64,000 nt of DNA from Synechococcales cyanobacterium VAR_4_metabat_354. Lineage in GTDB: Bacteria; Cyanobacteriota; Cyanobacteriia; Cyanobacteriales; Chamaesiphonaceae. The notes under the pieces are model-generated. The model was not told the origin of the DNA. It saw only the letters and a program-made list of their open reading frames with translations, and searched no databases. A program made the position numbers and the translations under genes. The stretch lies in contig JANOQI010000046.1 of assembly GCA_031414775.1 (NCBI GenBank), positions 64,001-128,000 on the forward strand, read 5' to 3'. Every line of letters begins with the position of its first letter. The first letter of the stretch is position 1. Positions 39,504-50,011 of this stretch are shown here, in pieces.

Positions 39504-40406
39504 ATGCGCCAATCTACTCTCCATCAGCTTAAAGTCTTTGAAACTGTTGCTCGCTTAAGTAGTATTACTAGAGCAGCTGAGGAACTATCTCTAACTCAGC
39601 CAACTGTCTCGATGCAAGTCAAGCAATTGTCTAAAAATGTTGGTGCAACTTTATTTGAACAGATTGGAAAAAAACTTTACCTAACGGAAGCGGGTCAAGA
39701 ATTATTTAAGACCTGTCGCCATATTTTTGAACAATTGGCACAATTTGAGATGAAAGTGGCCGATCTACAGGGAATGAAAAGTGGACGGCTGAAGTTGGCA
39801 ACCATTACTACTACTAAATATTTTATTCCGCGTGTTCTGGAGCCTTTTTGTAAGATGTATCCGGGGATAGATGTCGCGCTCCAGATTACTAATCACGAAC
39901 GGATTATGAGCCGCCTTAGTCAAAATCAAGACGACCTATACATTGTCAGTCAAGTACCAAATTCAGCTGATTTTTCAGCCTTTCCTTTTCTGGAGAATCC
40001 TTTAGTGGTAGTGGCTCCAGCTAATCATCCCCTAGCTGGAGAATCCAACATTCCCATCTCAGCTCTGCAAGATTTGCCTTTTATTATGCGCGAAAGTGGT
40101 TCTGGTACCAGAACTGCTGTGGAAAATCTGCTGGAGGAACATCATGTTTCAGTTAGAGTTAAGCTAGAGCTGGGTAGTAATGAGGCTATTAAGCAAGCGA
40201 TCGCCTGTGGTTTTGGGATCTCGGTTTTGTCTCAACATACTTTTACGCCCGAATCTAAACTACTGGGTCTTACTATTCTGGATGTCCAACACTTTCCAAT
40301 TAAACGAGACTGGTATGTAATCTATCCAACCGGCAAGCAGCTTTCGATTGTCGCCAATACTTTTTGGGAGTTTCTACAAACAGAAAGCCAAAAATTTGTA
40401 CTTTAA
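39504..40406 (+). CDS. LysR regulator, CbbR subfamily (CmpR/NdhR-like)
   Basis: TLHQLKVFE...TRAAEEL.LTQPTVS.Q; RESGSGTR; LGSNEAIKQAI. Confidence 0.9.
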   Translation: MRQSTLHQLKVFETVARLSSITRAAEELSLTQPTVSMQVKQLSKNVGATLFEQIGKKLYLTEAGQELFKTCRHIFEQLAQFEMKVADLQGMKSGRLKLATITTTKYFIPRVLEPFCKMYPGIDVALQITNHERIMSRLSQNQDDLYIVSQVPNSADFSAFPFLENPLVVVAPANHPLAGESNIPISALQDLPFIMRESGSGTRTAVENLLEEHHVSVRVKLELGSNEAIKQAIACGFGISVLSQHTFTPESKLLGLTILDVQHFPIKRDWYVIYPTGKQLSIVANTFWEFLQTESQKFVL

Positions 40407-41293
40407 CCGTGTGGCTGAACATCAGGCAGGGTATTACCTTGGCTTTTTTTAACATATTCCAAAATGCCTTGGGCGATTGCTTGCGCCATATTTGTTTGGT
40501 ATTGAGATTTACTCAATTGCACTGACTCTTCCGGACTGGATAAGTAGCCAGTTTCTACCAAAATCGCTGGAATATTGGACTTACGCAACACCAAAAACCG
40601 GGCACTACGGACTCGGCGATCATTTAAAGGTATTTTCAAATCAACATTAAAAACATTAATGATTTTGTGGTGAACAGTATTTGCCAAATCTTCCCCGATA
40701 TTATAATGATAAGTCTCCAGTCCATGTACATCGGGGCGGTTGTCGATCGAGTTGGCATGAATACTAACAAAAATGTCGGCTTTGGCCTGAGCCGACATCT
40801 GCACTCGTTCATCTAAGCCCACAAAGTAATCCCGATCGCGGGTCAGCTGGGCTACAATCCCATGCTTCTTTAAAATTTCGGATACTTGCAAGGCAATCGG
40901 TAAAATCACATCGACTTCTCGCAAATCATTTACTCCGATCGCGCCAGAATCTTTGCCACCATGACCAGGATCGATCATCACTACAATCGATCGAGCCGCC
41001 TGTCCATCTTTTTTATTGTTGTCAGATTTACGGGGTTCCGGGACGGTTTTATTTTGGTCGGGAATAGATTCCTTGATGGTAGTTTGACCAGCCAATGGTT
41101 TTGCCGTCGGTTGTCGATCAACACTATTAGTAGTTACAGTTGGCGATAACTCAGCCAAAACTGTAAACGGCTGCTGGGAGGGATCGGCAACTGCTGATTG
41201 CATACCAGTTAGCACTAAGCCAAAGCTGACTAGCCACGAATATGGCTTAGGAAGTGATGGGCGCATTTGTTCGGGATGATAAGATGCTTGCAT
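40403..41293 (-). CDS. N-acetylmuramoyl-L-alanine amidase (Amidase_3)
   Basis: IDPGHGGKDSGA, E, FVSIHAN, ILVETGY. Confidence 0.92.
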   Translation of the reverse strand: MQASYHPEQMRPSLPKPYSWLVSFGLVLTGMQSAVADPSQQPFTVLAELSPTVTTNSVDRQPTAKPLAGQTTIKESIPDQNKTVPEPRKSDNNKKDGQAARSIVVMIDPGHGGKDSGAIGVNDLREVDVILPIALQVSEILKKHGIVAQLTRDRDYFVGLDERVQMSAQAKADIFVSIHANSIDNRPDVHGLETYHYNIGEDLANTVHHKIINVFNVDLKIPLNDRRVRSARFLVLRKSNIPAILVETGYLSSPEESVQLSKSQYQTNMAQAIAQGILEYVKKSQGNTLPDVQPHG

Positions 41294-41457
41294 TTAAGTT
41301 ACCCAAACAATTTACTGACATTACTATTTGAGAATCCGCTGACCCATCTGACAAACCTAACAGTAAGGCTAAATTATTCTCAGATCAAGAAAAGCTCTGT
41401 ATGAACGAAACACCGGTAATACAATAAATTCAACTGATGCTCTGCTAAGGTGGAGAG

Positions 41458-42084
41458 TCATTGACAGTCGGCGGTAAGAACAAACTGCTGCATCATCTTG
41501 ATTTCTTCTGGGATGATAGTATGCCCCATATTCAGTTCATGGTACTGGACAGTTGCGCCCCAGTTGATCAACTGATTCCGAGCTTGCCAAGCCGCCTCGA
41601 TCGGCACCACCTCATCTTGGCGGCCGTGCCAAATTGCCACCGGTGGACAGGTCACTGGAGCTATTAAATCTGAATGCAAATAGCCACTCAAAACCATAAT
41701 TCCGGCGACTGGCAACGCCAGACCGATCTCTAAAGCCATGGCGCCACCTTGGGAAAAACCACAGATCCAGGTGCGATCGAGAGCGACTCCAGTAGTTTCC
41801 GGTAACTTCCCTAGCCAATCTTGGAGAGTTTGGCAACTAGTAACTAGTTCTTGCTGACTAGTCGCCGTCAGCTGACCGGCACCAGTGAAGGAATACCAAG
41901 CCCTGCCAGCTTCGGTATATTGATGCTCAAAAATGCCATTGGGCAATAAAAATTGATAGTTAGGAAGTTCAAGATAGGGCAGTAGCTCCATCAAGTCATC
42001 GTTATTAGCGCCCCAACCATGCATCAAAACAATATTGCCTTGGGGAACTCCGGTCGCTGGTATTATAATCACATCCATATTCAA
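41458..42084 (-). CDS. Phospholipase/carboxylesterase (alpha/beta hydrolase)
   Basis: HGWGAN, GFSQG, HGRQDEVV, MGH triad. Confidence 0.9.
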   Translation of the reverse strand: MNMDVIIIPATGVPQGNIVLMHGWGANNDDLMELLPYLELPNYQFLLPNGIFEHQYTEAGRAWYSFTGAGQLTATSQQELVTSCQTLQDWLGKLPETTGVALDRTWICGFSQGGAMALEIGLALPVAGIMVLSGYLHSDLIAPVTCPPVAIWHGRQDEVVPIEAAWQARNQLINWGATVQYHELNMGHTIIPEEIKMMQQFVLTADCQ

Positions 42085-42179
42085 ACACCGGAAATTGTTT
42101 AAAAAAACTTAATAAAAACCGTTAGTGAATCATCTTAAGCTAAAAGGCAATGCGGATATTACATATGGAAATTTTTAAT

Positions 42180-42896
42180 ATGAGTTCTAACTTAGCAGCC
42201 AAACTGAGAGAAGGCACCAAGAAATCCCACAGCATGGCGGAGAGTACTGGTTTTATTTCTTGTTTCTTAAAAGGCACCGTCGAAAAAAATTCTTATCGCA
42301 AGCTGGTATCTAATCTCTATTTTGTCTATACGGCAATGGAAGAAGAGATGCATAAGCACCAGAACCACCCAGTTTTATCCAAACTGTTTTTTCCAGAACT
42401 CGATCGGAAGCATAGTCTGGAGAGCGATTTAAGTTACTATTTTGGCTCTAATTGGAAAGATCAAGTGGCTCCGTCCCCAGCCACCCAAGAGTATGTAGAT
42501 CGGATTCACCAAGTCGCGGTAGCTGACCCAGAGCTATTGGTAGCGCATCTCTATACTCGTTATATTGGTGATCTATCCGGTGGTCAAATCTTGAAGAAGA
42601 TTGCCCAGAATGCGATGAATCTCAATGATGGCGAAGGAACAGCTTTCTACGAGTTCGACCAAATTCCTGATGAAAAGGCTTTTAAAAACAACTATCGTCA
42701 AGCCATGGATAGCCTTCCCATTGACGAAGCTAAAGCTGATTTGATCGTGGACGAAGCCAATGATGCTTTTGGCAAAAACATGATTATGTTTAAGGAATTA
42801 GAAGGTAACTTGATTAAGGCGATCGGCATTCAAGTCTTCAATATGTTGACTCGCAAACGCAATCGGGGCGGCAATGAGCTAGCTACGGCTGAATAG
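42180..42896 (+). CDS. ho1: Ferredoxin-dependent heme oxygenase
   Basis: LREGTKKSHSMAE, HLYTRYIGDLSGGQILK, EANDAF..N. Confidence 0.93.
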   Translation: MSSNLAAKLREGTKKSHSMAESTGFISCFLKGTVEKNSYRKLVSNLYFVYTAMEEEMHKHQNHPVLSKLFFPELDRKHSLESDLSYYFGSNWKDQVAPSPATQEYVDRIHQVAVADPELLVAHLYTRYIGDLSGGQILKKIAQNAMNLNDGEGTAFYEFDQIPDEKAFKNNYRQAMDSLPIDEAKADLIVDEANDAFGKNMIMFKELEGNLIKAIGIQVFNMLTRKRNRGGNELATAE

Positions 42897-42922
42897 AGTT
42901 TGAATTTTCATACTTCCTGATG

Positions 42923-42956
42923 ATTGCAGCTGATTCAACATCAGCTGCAATTTTTT
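42923..42956 (+). terminator. Intrinsic terminator of ho1
   Basis: ATTGCAGCTGAT-TCAAC-ATCAGCTGCAAT followed by a T-run. Confidence 0.8.
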
Positions 42957-43133
42957 GTTTAATATTTATTTCAGCTGATTAGTATTTATTTAAAACTTAT
43001 TTAGAATAAGGAAATAAGGGGTACAGCTTTCAGGATTTTTGAATTCTAAAATCGTAATTGCTATTTTATACCTACGGCGTTCTTTTCAGAACAATTGAGT
43101 TATGCTGTGAAAGCTAGAACGATAGAGGCAATT

Positions 43134-45407
43134 ATGGCAGGCACTAAGCTAGGTACTCCAGATTTCCATCTCACCAGCTTTAAACAACCGTCGATTGAGA
43201 CATTAACGGAGATTCAATCGCATGGCATATTGCTAGTTTTGCAAGAGCCAGACTTAACGGTTTTACAAGTTAGTAATAATACAGTAATGGCGTTTGGAAT
43301 CACACCAGATGAGTTACTGGGAAAGCCTCTAGCAAAGGTTTTAGATACTTTTCAAGCTGAACGGTTTCAGCAGGAATTGAAAGAACAAAATCTTGAACGG
43401 AGCAATCCAAGTAAAGTGTGGATTCGAAGATCTGCGGGCGATTACCACACATTTGATGCTATTTTTCACCGCAGTCTTGATGGGTTCTTAGTTTTAGAAC
43501 TGGAACCAACCGAAACGAATCAGAATATTCCTTTTCTAAGTTTTTATCACTTAGCTAAAGCCTCGATCGATCAATTGACCGTCACTGCTGATTTACCCGC
43601 TTTTGGTCGGCTGGTAGTCGCCCAAGTCCGGAAGATCACTGAGTTCGATCGAGTGATGCTTTATAAATTCGATGATGATGGCCATGGCGAAGTAATCGCT
43701 GAAGATAAAACACTGGAGATGGAGTCCTATATGGGCTTACATTTCCCCAGTTCAGATATTCCCCAACTAGCCCGAAGTAGATTTATTGCCAACCGAATTC
43801 GGGTAATTCCAGATATTAATAATGAGGCGGTGGGAATGATCCCCGCTCAGAATCCATTGACAGATCTACCCACCGATTTAACGCTCTCTATTCTTCGTAG
43901 TACCGATCCCTGTCATACTGAGTACCTTCAGAATATGGGTATCGGGGCATCTTTGACGATTTCTCTGATTAAAGATGGCCAGTTGTGGGGACTAATTGCC
44001 TGTCATCATCGGACACCCAAACTATTACCTTATGAGTTGCGACAGGCTTGTGAATTTTTGGGACAGGTAATTTTTGCTCAGATTTCGATCGGTGAAGATA
44101 TTGCTGATTATAGCTATCGGGCAAAATTAGCCCACCTGCGATCGATCGGCCTTGAGCAGATGTCGCAATCGGCTAGTTTCGTGGATGGTTTAATGGGGCA
44201 ATCGCCCAATCTTTTAGATTTGTTCGATGCTTGCGGCGCAGCAATTTGTGTGAGCGGTCAGTGGACAGCCATTGGTCGCATTCCCCCAGCTCCAGCCCTC
44301 GACAACCTGATGCAGTGGTTAACTGAAAATGTCGAGGATGACGTATTTACGACCGATTCCCTGCCCCTCCTCAATACGGCTACCGAAGAATTTAAAGATG
44401 TGGCCAGTGGGTTGCTGGCAATTTTCCTGTCATCGAACAGTTACATCTTGTGTTTCCGCCATGAAGTAATTCAAACAGTAAATTGGGGTGGCGATCCACA
44501 TCACGCTTACCAATTGGTCACTGAAGCCGATGGCCAGGTTCGCTTATGTCCGCGCACATCTTTTGCATTGTGGAAAGAAATCGTACGGGGTCATTCGCGA
44601 CCCTGGCAAGCCGTAGAAATTTTAGCAGCTACCGAACTACGCAAGTCGATCGTCAATCTGGTGCTCCGTCAGGCAGAGGAATTAGCTCTAATCGCCGCAG
44701 ATTTAAAGCGATCGAATACCGAACTCCAGCAATTTGCCAGAGTCGCCTCCCACGATTTGCAAGCCCCTCTCAATCAGGTGGCCAGTTACGTACGCATCCT
44801 GGAAACGCGCTATGGCGATAAACTAGATCGCGATGCCCATGAGTTTATTGGCTTCGCCATTGAGGGGGTGAAATTGATGCAGACTTTAATTGATGATGTG
44901 TTAGCTTACTCCCAGGTAAGTAGCCGGGATATCGAGTTGCAACCAGTCGAAGTTGGAGCCGCATTAAATCGTGCTCTCAGCCACTTACACGGATCAATTA
45001 GTGAAACAGCTGCAATCATTACCTCCGGCCCGATGCCCACAGTGGCAGGCGACAACACGCAGTTAACCCAGCTGTTTCAGAACCTGATCGAGAATGCCAT
45101 CAAATTCCGCCAACCGGGAACAGTTCCCCGAATTCAAGTCACCGCCACCAGGCAGCAAGATGGCTGGTTATTTTCTGTTCGCGGTAGTGGAGTTGGTATC
45201 GATCCCAAATTCTTTGATCGGATCTTTTTGATTTTCCAACGTCTACATACCCGTGAGGAATACTCCGGATCAGGAATCGGGCTAGCCATCTGTAAAAAAA
45301 TTGTCGAGCGTCATCACGGCAAAATTTGGGTGACATCAATACTGGGTCAAGAAGCTACTTTCTCGTTCACCATCCCTAATCAAGAGTATCGAAAAATAAA
45401 TGTCTAA
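43134..45407 (+). CDS. Cph1-type phytochrome (PAS-GAF-PHY-HisKA-HATPase)
   Basis: IQSHG, FDRVMLYKF, FPSSDIP, DPCHTEYL (GAF Cys), WGG, PRTSF, ASHDL; ATG 43134 with GAGG RBS. Confidence 0.92.
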   Translation: MAGTKLGTPDFHLTSFKQPSIETLTEIQSHGILLVLQEPDLTVLQVSNNTVMAFGITPDELLGKPLAKVLDTFQAERFQQELKEQNLERSNPSKVWIRRSAGDYHTFDAIFHRSLDGFLVLELEPTETNQNIPFLSFYHLAKASIDQLTVTADLPAFGRLVVAQVRKITEFDRVMLYKFDDDGHGEVIAEDKTLEMESYMGLHFPSSDIPQLARSRFIANRIRVIPDINNEAVGMIPAQNPLTDLPTDLTLSILRSTDPCHTEYLQNMGIGASLTISLIKDGQLWGLIACHHRTPKLLPYELRQACEFLGQVIFAQISIGEDIADYSYRAKLAHLRSIGLEQMSQSASFVDGLMGQSPNLLDLFDACGAAICVSGQWTAIGRIPPAPALDNLMQWLTENVEDDVFTTDSLPLLNTATEEFKDVASGLLAIFLSSNSYILCFRHEVIQTVNWGGDPHHAYQLVTEADGQVRLCPRTSFALWKEIVRGHSRPWQAVEILAATELRKSIVNLVLRQAEELALIAADLKRSNTELQQFARVASHDLQAPLNQVASYVRILETRYGDKLDRDAHEFIGFAIEGVKLMQTLIDDVLAYSQVSSRDIELQPVEVGAALNRALSHLHGSISETAAIITSGPMPTVAGDNTQLTQLFQNLIENAIKFRQPGTVPRIQVTATRQQDGWLFSVRGSGVGIDPKFFDRIFLIFQRLHTREEYSGSGIGLAICKKIVERHHGKIWVTSILGQEATFSFTIPNQEYRKINV

Positions 45408-47487
45408 TAGTTTGCTAATATCGATGCTCGTGCCCAGCGGTAGCGAACAGCCTGATCTGGAGGTGCTACTGATTGAGGACAATTTAGCTGAAGCCCGGTT
45501 ACTTCAGGAACTGCTCAAGGATAGCTTGAGTAGACAGTTTGCGGTAACTCATGTGACGCGCTTGGAAGCAGCAATTATCCAACTCAATAATGCTCAATTT
45601 GATGTCGCACTCCTCGATTTGACCCTACCCGATAGTGACGGTTTAGCATCTTTAGATGCTTTGATCCACCAAGTGTCCAGTTTACCGATAGTGGTATTAA
45701 CCGGTACTAATGATGATGAATTAGCTATCGATGCTGTCCGGCGAGGCGCTCAGGATTATCTCGTGAAACGGCAAGTCAGTCTAGATGTTTTAGTCCGATC
45801 GATCCGATATGCGATCGAACGCAAACAAACCGCCAAAGCCCTGTGGGAAATCAATGAGACGCTAGAATTGCGCGTAGAAGAACGCACCGTCGCTCTGGAG
45901 GCTGCTAATAAATCGCTCAGTCAGGAAATCGAGTCGCGAGAAAGTATTCAGAACCGCTTGGAGCTAGCTCAACAGGCTGGCAAAATCGGCACCTTTGAAT
46001 GGGACGTTGAAACAAATTTAGTCACCTGGTCGCGAGAACTCGAAGCCCTATATGGACTGGCAGCAGGCAGCTTTGGCAGGAGCCAGAACCAATGGCTCGC
46101 CACGATTTATCCCGAAGATCGCCCACCAGTTCAGGCAGAAATAAAAAGGTGGCATCGCCTTGCCAGAGGTAAGGCGATGCCACTAGGGCAAAAACTAGAT
46201 TTAGAATTTAGAATCACGTATCCAGACACCAACATCCACTGGATTGCCGTCAAAGGCAATATTTTTGCCGATACAAGTGGCCATCCCACCCGTACGATCG
46301 GTATCCACATGGATATTACCGAGAAAAAACAACTTGAAGCTCAATTTTTGCGCGCCCAACGTCTAGAAAGTCTGGGCACCCTCGCTAGTGGCATCGCTCA
46401 CGACTTAAATAATGTCCTCACGCCAATTTTAGCCATCGCTCAATTACTACCGCTAAAGCTAACAGACCTCGACGGGCATACCAGAAATATGCTCGAAATC
46501 TTAGAATCTAGTGCCCATCGCGGTGCCGGTCTAATTAAGCAAATTTTATCCTTTGCCCAAGGCATCGAGGGCAAGCACGTCGTGATTCAACCGACTCACC
46601 TGCTCAAAGACATCCAAAAGATCGTGCAACAGACCCTGCCCAAATCAATCAAGATTGATGTGGATATGCCCGCCGATTTGTGGACAGTATTGGGTGACAT
46701 GACTCAACTTCACCAAGTATTGATGAATCTGTGCGTCAATGCCCGCGATGCCATGCCCCAAGGTGGTACTATCAGCATCCAAGCCACTAATCGATCGATC
46801 GAGGAAACCTTCGCGCGGACTCATTTAGATGCTCAGGTGGGCAACTACGTAGAGATCACAGTTACCGATACGGGCAACGGCATTCAGCCCCAGCTTCTCC
46901 ACCGTATTTTTGATCCGTTCTTCACTACAAAAGAAATCGGTAAAGGAACAGGTTTAGGTCTATCAGCAGTCCTGGGCATTATCAAGAATCACAACGGTTT
47001 CCTAGATGTCCAAAGTCAAGTACAGCAGGGTACCCAAATTCATGTCTATATTCCCGCGAATCAGACACCAATAGTGCCCAAACAAGATGAGCCAGAGCTA
47101 CTTTCTGGACAGCAACAGTTGATCTTAGTCGTAGATGACGAAATAGCGATCAGTAAATTAGTTAAAACCACTCTAGAGACGTACAATTATCGGGTTTTAA
47201 CTGCCAACAATGGTGCCGAAGCGATCTCTATTTATGCTAACCACCGCGACGCGATCGATGGTGTCGTGATCGATTTAATGATGCCAGTCATGGATGGACT
47301 AACCACCGTCATAGCTCTCCACCAAATAAATCCCAATTTGCCGGTGTTGGCAATAAGTGGACTCAACTCTGTTGAAGCAATAAAGCGAGCAAAACGCTTG
47401 GGGTGCCAATACTTTCTCCCCAAACCCTTCACTACCAGTGATTTACTGCGAAATTTGCACGATTGCACATCATCAAAACCGGTCTGA
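45400..47487 (+). CDS. Hybrid histidine kinase (REC-PAS-HisKA-HATPase-REC)
   Basis: LLIED..LLDLTLPD; IAHDLNN; NARDAM; DTGNG; FFTTK; GTGLGL; C-terminal REC domain. Confidence 0.92.
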   Translation: MSNSLLISMLVPSGSEQPDLEVLLIEDNLAEARLLQELLKDSLSRQFAVTHVTRLEAAIIQLNNAQFDVALLDLTLPDSDGLASLDALIHQVSSLPIVVLTGTNDDELAIDAVRRGAQDYLVKRQVSLDVLVRSIRYAIERKQTAKALWEINETLELRVEERTVALEAANKSLSQEIESRESIQNRLELAQQAGKIGTFEWDVETNLVTWSRELEALYGLAAGSFGRSQNQWLATIYPEDRPPVQAEIKRWHRLARGKAMPLGQKLDLEFRITYPDTNIHWIAVKGNIFADTSGHPTRTIGIHMDITEKKQLEAQFLRAQRLESLGTLASGIAHDLNNVLTPILAIAQLLPLKLTDLDGHTRNMLEILESSAHRGAGLIKQILSFAQGIEGKHVVIQPTHLLKDIQKIVQQTLPKSIKIDVDMPADLWTVLGDMTQLHQVLMNLCVNARDAMPQGGTISIQATNRSIEETFARTHLDAQVGNYVEITVTDTGNGIQPQLLHRIFDPFFTTKEIGKGTGLGLSAVLGIIKNHNGFLDVQSQVQQGTQIHVYIPANQTPIVPKQDEPELLSGQQQLILVVDDEIAISKLVKTTLETYNYRVLTANNGAEAISIYANHRDAIDGVVIDLMMPVMDGLTTVIALHQINPNLPVLAISGLNSVEAIKRAKRLGCQYFLPKPFTTSDLLRNLHDCTSSKPV

Positions 47488-47794
47488 TTTGTCCTTCACA
47501 TCTCAATAACTGAAAATATAGCATTTAAATCATCAGCCCCATTTTCCCACCTCGTAGCTAGCTTTAATGTTAGTTACGATTTTTTTGGGGAAGTCTGAAG
47601 GTTATAGATGTGACCAATCTGATAAAAATCTCATCCAGTCATTGATCCGACTGGTCAAAAATTTTGGCATATCAAACTTTAATATTTCAAATGAAGTATT
47701 TCTACGACAAAAAAATGGCCGGATTAAAAATTGTAATTAGGAATTACGTAGTAGGCCGTGTTTCGTGCCGTTTGATCAATTCATCCCCTCTTGC

Positions 47795-48580
47795 ATGTCT
47801 TATTTTACTAAAACATTACAACGACTGGGCTTTATCACATTTATTACCCTCATACCAGCACTCACTGCTTGGCAGTTCCCTGTCTCTAGACCTTCCTCAA
47901 CTACCACAAGTCCCACAAAAATAGCTCGATCGTCAACCGCGCCTTTTCTCCTCAATGGCAAAGCAGTTTACATATTACGCCAGGGTTCCTGGAAAGAAGC
48001 CGTCCTGACTAGCTATCAATGGCGTAGTAATACTGGATTCCAATACACTGCCAACTATGAAAGTGACCGGAAGACTGAGGTAAATGTATCGATCGATCGA
48101 ATCATCACCCTCACGGAAGCACGGCAACGGAGAATTGCTACTAATGTCTATGATGTTGCTAGCAATACTGGCATCAGGCAAATGGTCAATGCCCATAATA
48201 GCTGGCGGCAGGAAATTGGCGTAGCACCATTATCCTGGTCACCAAAACTAGCATCATTTGCTCAAGATTGGGCAAACACATTAGTCGCGAGAAATGAGTT
48301 TAAGCATCGTGCCAATAATAACTATGGCGAAAACCTAGCTGCTTCTCAGGGGAAAAGCTTCAGCCCAACTAGTGTCGTCAAGTATTGGGGGGAAGAAGTC
48401 CGAGATTACAACTACAAAACTAATAGCTGCAAATCTGGAGAAATGTGTGGCCACTACACCCAATTGGTTTGGAACAAAACCAAAGAGGTGGGCTGCGCTA
48501 AAGCTCAATCCGGCAATAAAGAGGTCTGGGTATGCAACTATAATCCACCAGGCAACTATATCGGACAAAAGCCCTATTAA
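47795..48580 (+). CDS. CAP/SCP (PR-1-like) secreted protein
   Basis: HNSWRQEIGVAPLSWS, YGENL, CGHYTQLVW..T.EVGC, VCNYNPPGN. Confidence 0.9.
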   Translation: MSYFTKTLQRLGFITFITLIPALTAWQFPVSRPSSTTTSPTKIARSSTAPFLLNGKAVYILRQGSWKEAVLTSYQWRSNTGFQYTANYESDRKTEVNVSIDRIITLTEARQRRIATNVYDVASNTGIRQMVNAHNSWRQEIGVAPLSWSPKLASFAQDWANTLVARNEFKHRANNNYGENLAASQGKSFSPTSVVKYWGEEVRDYNYKTNSCKSGEMCGHYTQLVWNKTKEVGCAKAQSGNKEVWVCNYNPPGNYIGQKPY

Positions 48581-48606
48581 CTGCTCAGCTCCATCGGCTT
48601 TGGTAA

Positions 48607-49254
48607 TTAAGAGCCAGATAGCCGACATTGGGAAAGAATATAGCGCAACCTATCGTAATCTTCCCGCAAAATCAAACTCAGATTGCGCCCCGCACTCACT
48701 AGCCAAGCTCGATCAAAATTGCGCATTCGATAAATTCCCCGCATCGTTGCGGCGGTCAAGGCTTCCGGTGGTGCCCCGGTGACTTGCAATAGTGGTCGTA
48801 AAAAGTCTAATTGCTCACTAAAAGCAATAACTTCAGCTGGCGAGCAGGCATGTACCGACTGGTGAATCTGGGGTGGACGCGGTGGCAGATACTGATAGTA
48901 ACGACCTTGGACATCAGCAAAACCGACAATTATCGCTTTAAACTCTGTTTTGAGCATGGCAAAGATTTGAGGCTGCTCGGTACGCAGTTCAGTCAAGGAT
49001 AGTCCTAATGCCCGTGCCCGATGTACTGAATCGATCGGAGCAGTTGTGGCGGAGTAAACGACCGCAAAAATTTGGTTGCCAGTTTCTTCGTCTTGCGCTT
49101 GGACAAAACTACCAAAATCTGGCATCACCGCTAACTTTAATTCATCAGGAGCCAGACATTGTGCCAAAAATTCGGTGGTGGTAGTTTCAATTACTTCAGC
49201 GATATGAGCAGAATCTTGAGCACTAGTGGCAAACTGCGGAAGAGGTAAACGCAT
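48607..49254 (-). CDS. HAS-barrel domain protein
   Basis: MRLPLPQF..HIAEVIETTTTEFLAQC; DSVHRARALG; EQPQIFAML; LPPRPPQIHQ. Confidence 0.75.
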   Translation of the reverse strand: MRLPLPQFATSAQDSAHIAEVIETTTTEFLAQCLAPDELKLAVMPDFGSFVQAQDEETGNQIFAVVYSATTAPIDSVHRARALGLSLTELRTEQPQIFAMLKTEFKAIIVGFADVQGRYYQYLPPRPPQIHQSVHACSPAEVIAFSEQLDFLRPLLQVTGAPPEALTAATMRGIYRMRNFDRAWLVSAGRNLSLILREDYDRLRYILSQCRLSGS

Positions 49255-49266
49255 AATCAATCAGGC

Positions 49267-50010
49267 TTAAGAAATAGCTTTCTTTGATTCTAACGTGGGT
49301 AACAATACTCGAAACCGAGAACCAACTCCAGCTTGACTAGTCACCGAAATCGAGCCACCACAGTGCAGTAAAATATTTTGGACAACTGTCAAACCCAGAC
49401 CCACCCCCGTATCGGCTCCAGTGAGATGGGTACTGAGCAGAGTGCGTCCCCGATAAAACCGATCAAAAATCTTGGGAATATCAGATAGGGGAATTCCCAT
49501 GCCACTGTCCCGAAATTCTAGCTGGATATAATCACCTTGCACAGAAGCTTGGACAAATACTTGGCCACCTTTGAGAGTGTATTTGATACTGTTATGCAGC
49601 AAATTAATGGTGATTTGCTTAACCCAGCTCTCCTGACAAAGCACTAAGGGCAAATCAACAGGGATACTGTAGCTCAACTGCAAGCCTTTTTCCTCAGCTA
49701 GTGGTTGATAAGTGCTAATCACCCCCGGCACGATCTCCAATAAATTCAGGGGCGAACCTACTTGCTGCTCCGCTAGTTTCTCTAGATCTAGTAGTTCGAT
49801 CGCTCCGTTAATCAAAGAATTCTGTCGATCGCACTCCTGCTTAATCAGATCAACATATTTTTGCCGTTGTAGTGGCTTCAGACTAGGGGAATCGAGCAAA
49901 GTGAGCGCCGTTTTCATGTTGGTAAGAGGGGTACGCAGCTCTTGCAATAGATGCATAATTAGCTCATCTTTGAAATCCGCCAAGTCTGGATTGTTGTTGT
50001 TTTTAAGCAT
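49267..50010 (-). CDS. Sensor-less histidine-kinase-like protein (H-box His replaced by Gln)
   Basis: LLQELRTPLTNMK, NLLHNSIKY, DSGMG, GVGLGL; ATG 50010 one nt after the murE stop. Confidence 0.8.
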   Translation of the reverse strand: MLKNNNNPDLADFKDELIMHLLQELRTPLTNMKTALTLLDSPSLKPLQRQKYVDLIKQECDRQNSLINGAIELLDLEKLAEQQVGSPLNLLEIVPGVISTYQPLAEEKGLQLSYSIPVDLPLVLCQESWVKQITINLLHNSIKYTLKGGQVFVQASVQGDYIQLEFRDSGMGIPLSDIPKIFDRFYRGRTLLSTHLTGADTGVGLGLTVVQNILLHCGGSISVTSQAGVGSRFRVLLPTLESKKAIS

Positions 50011-50011
50011 A

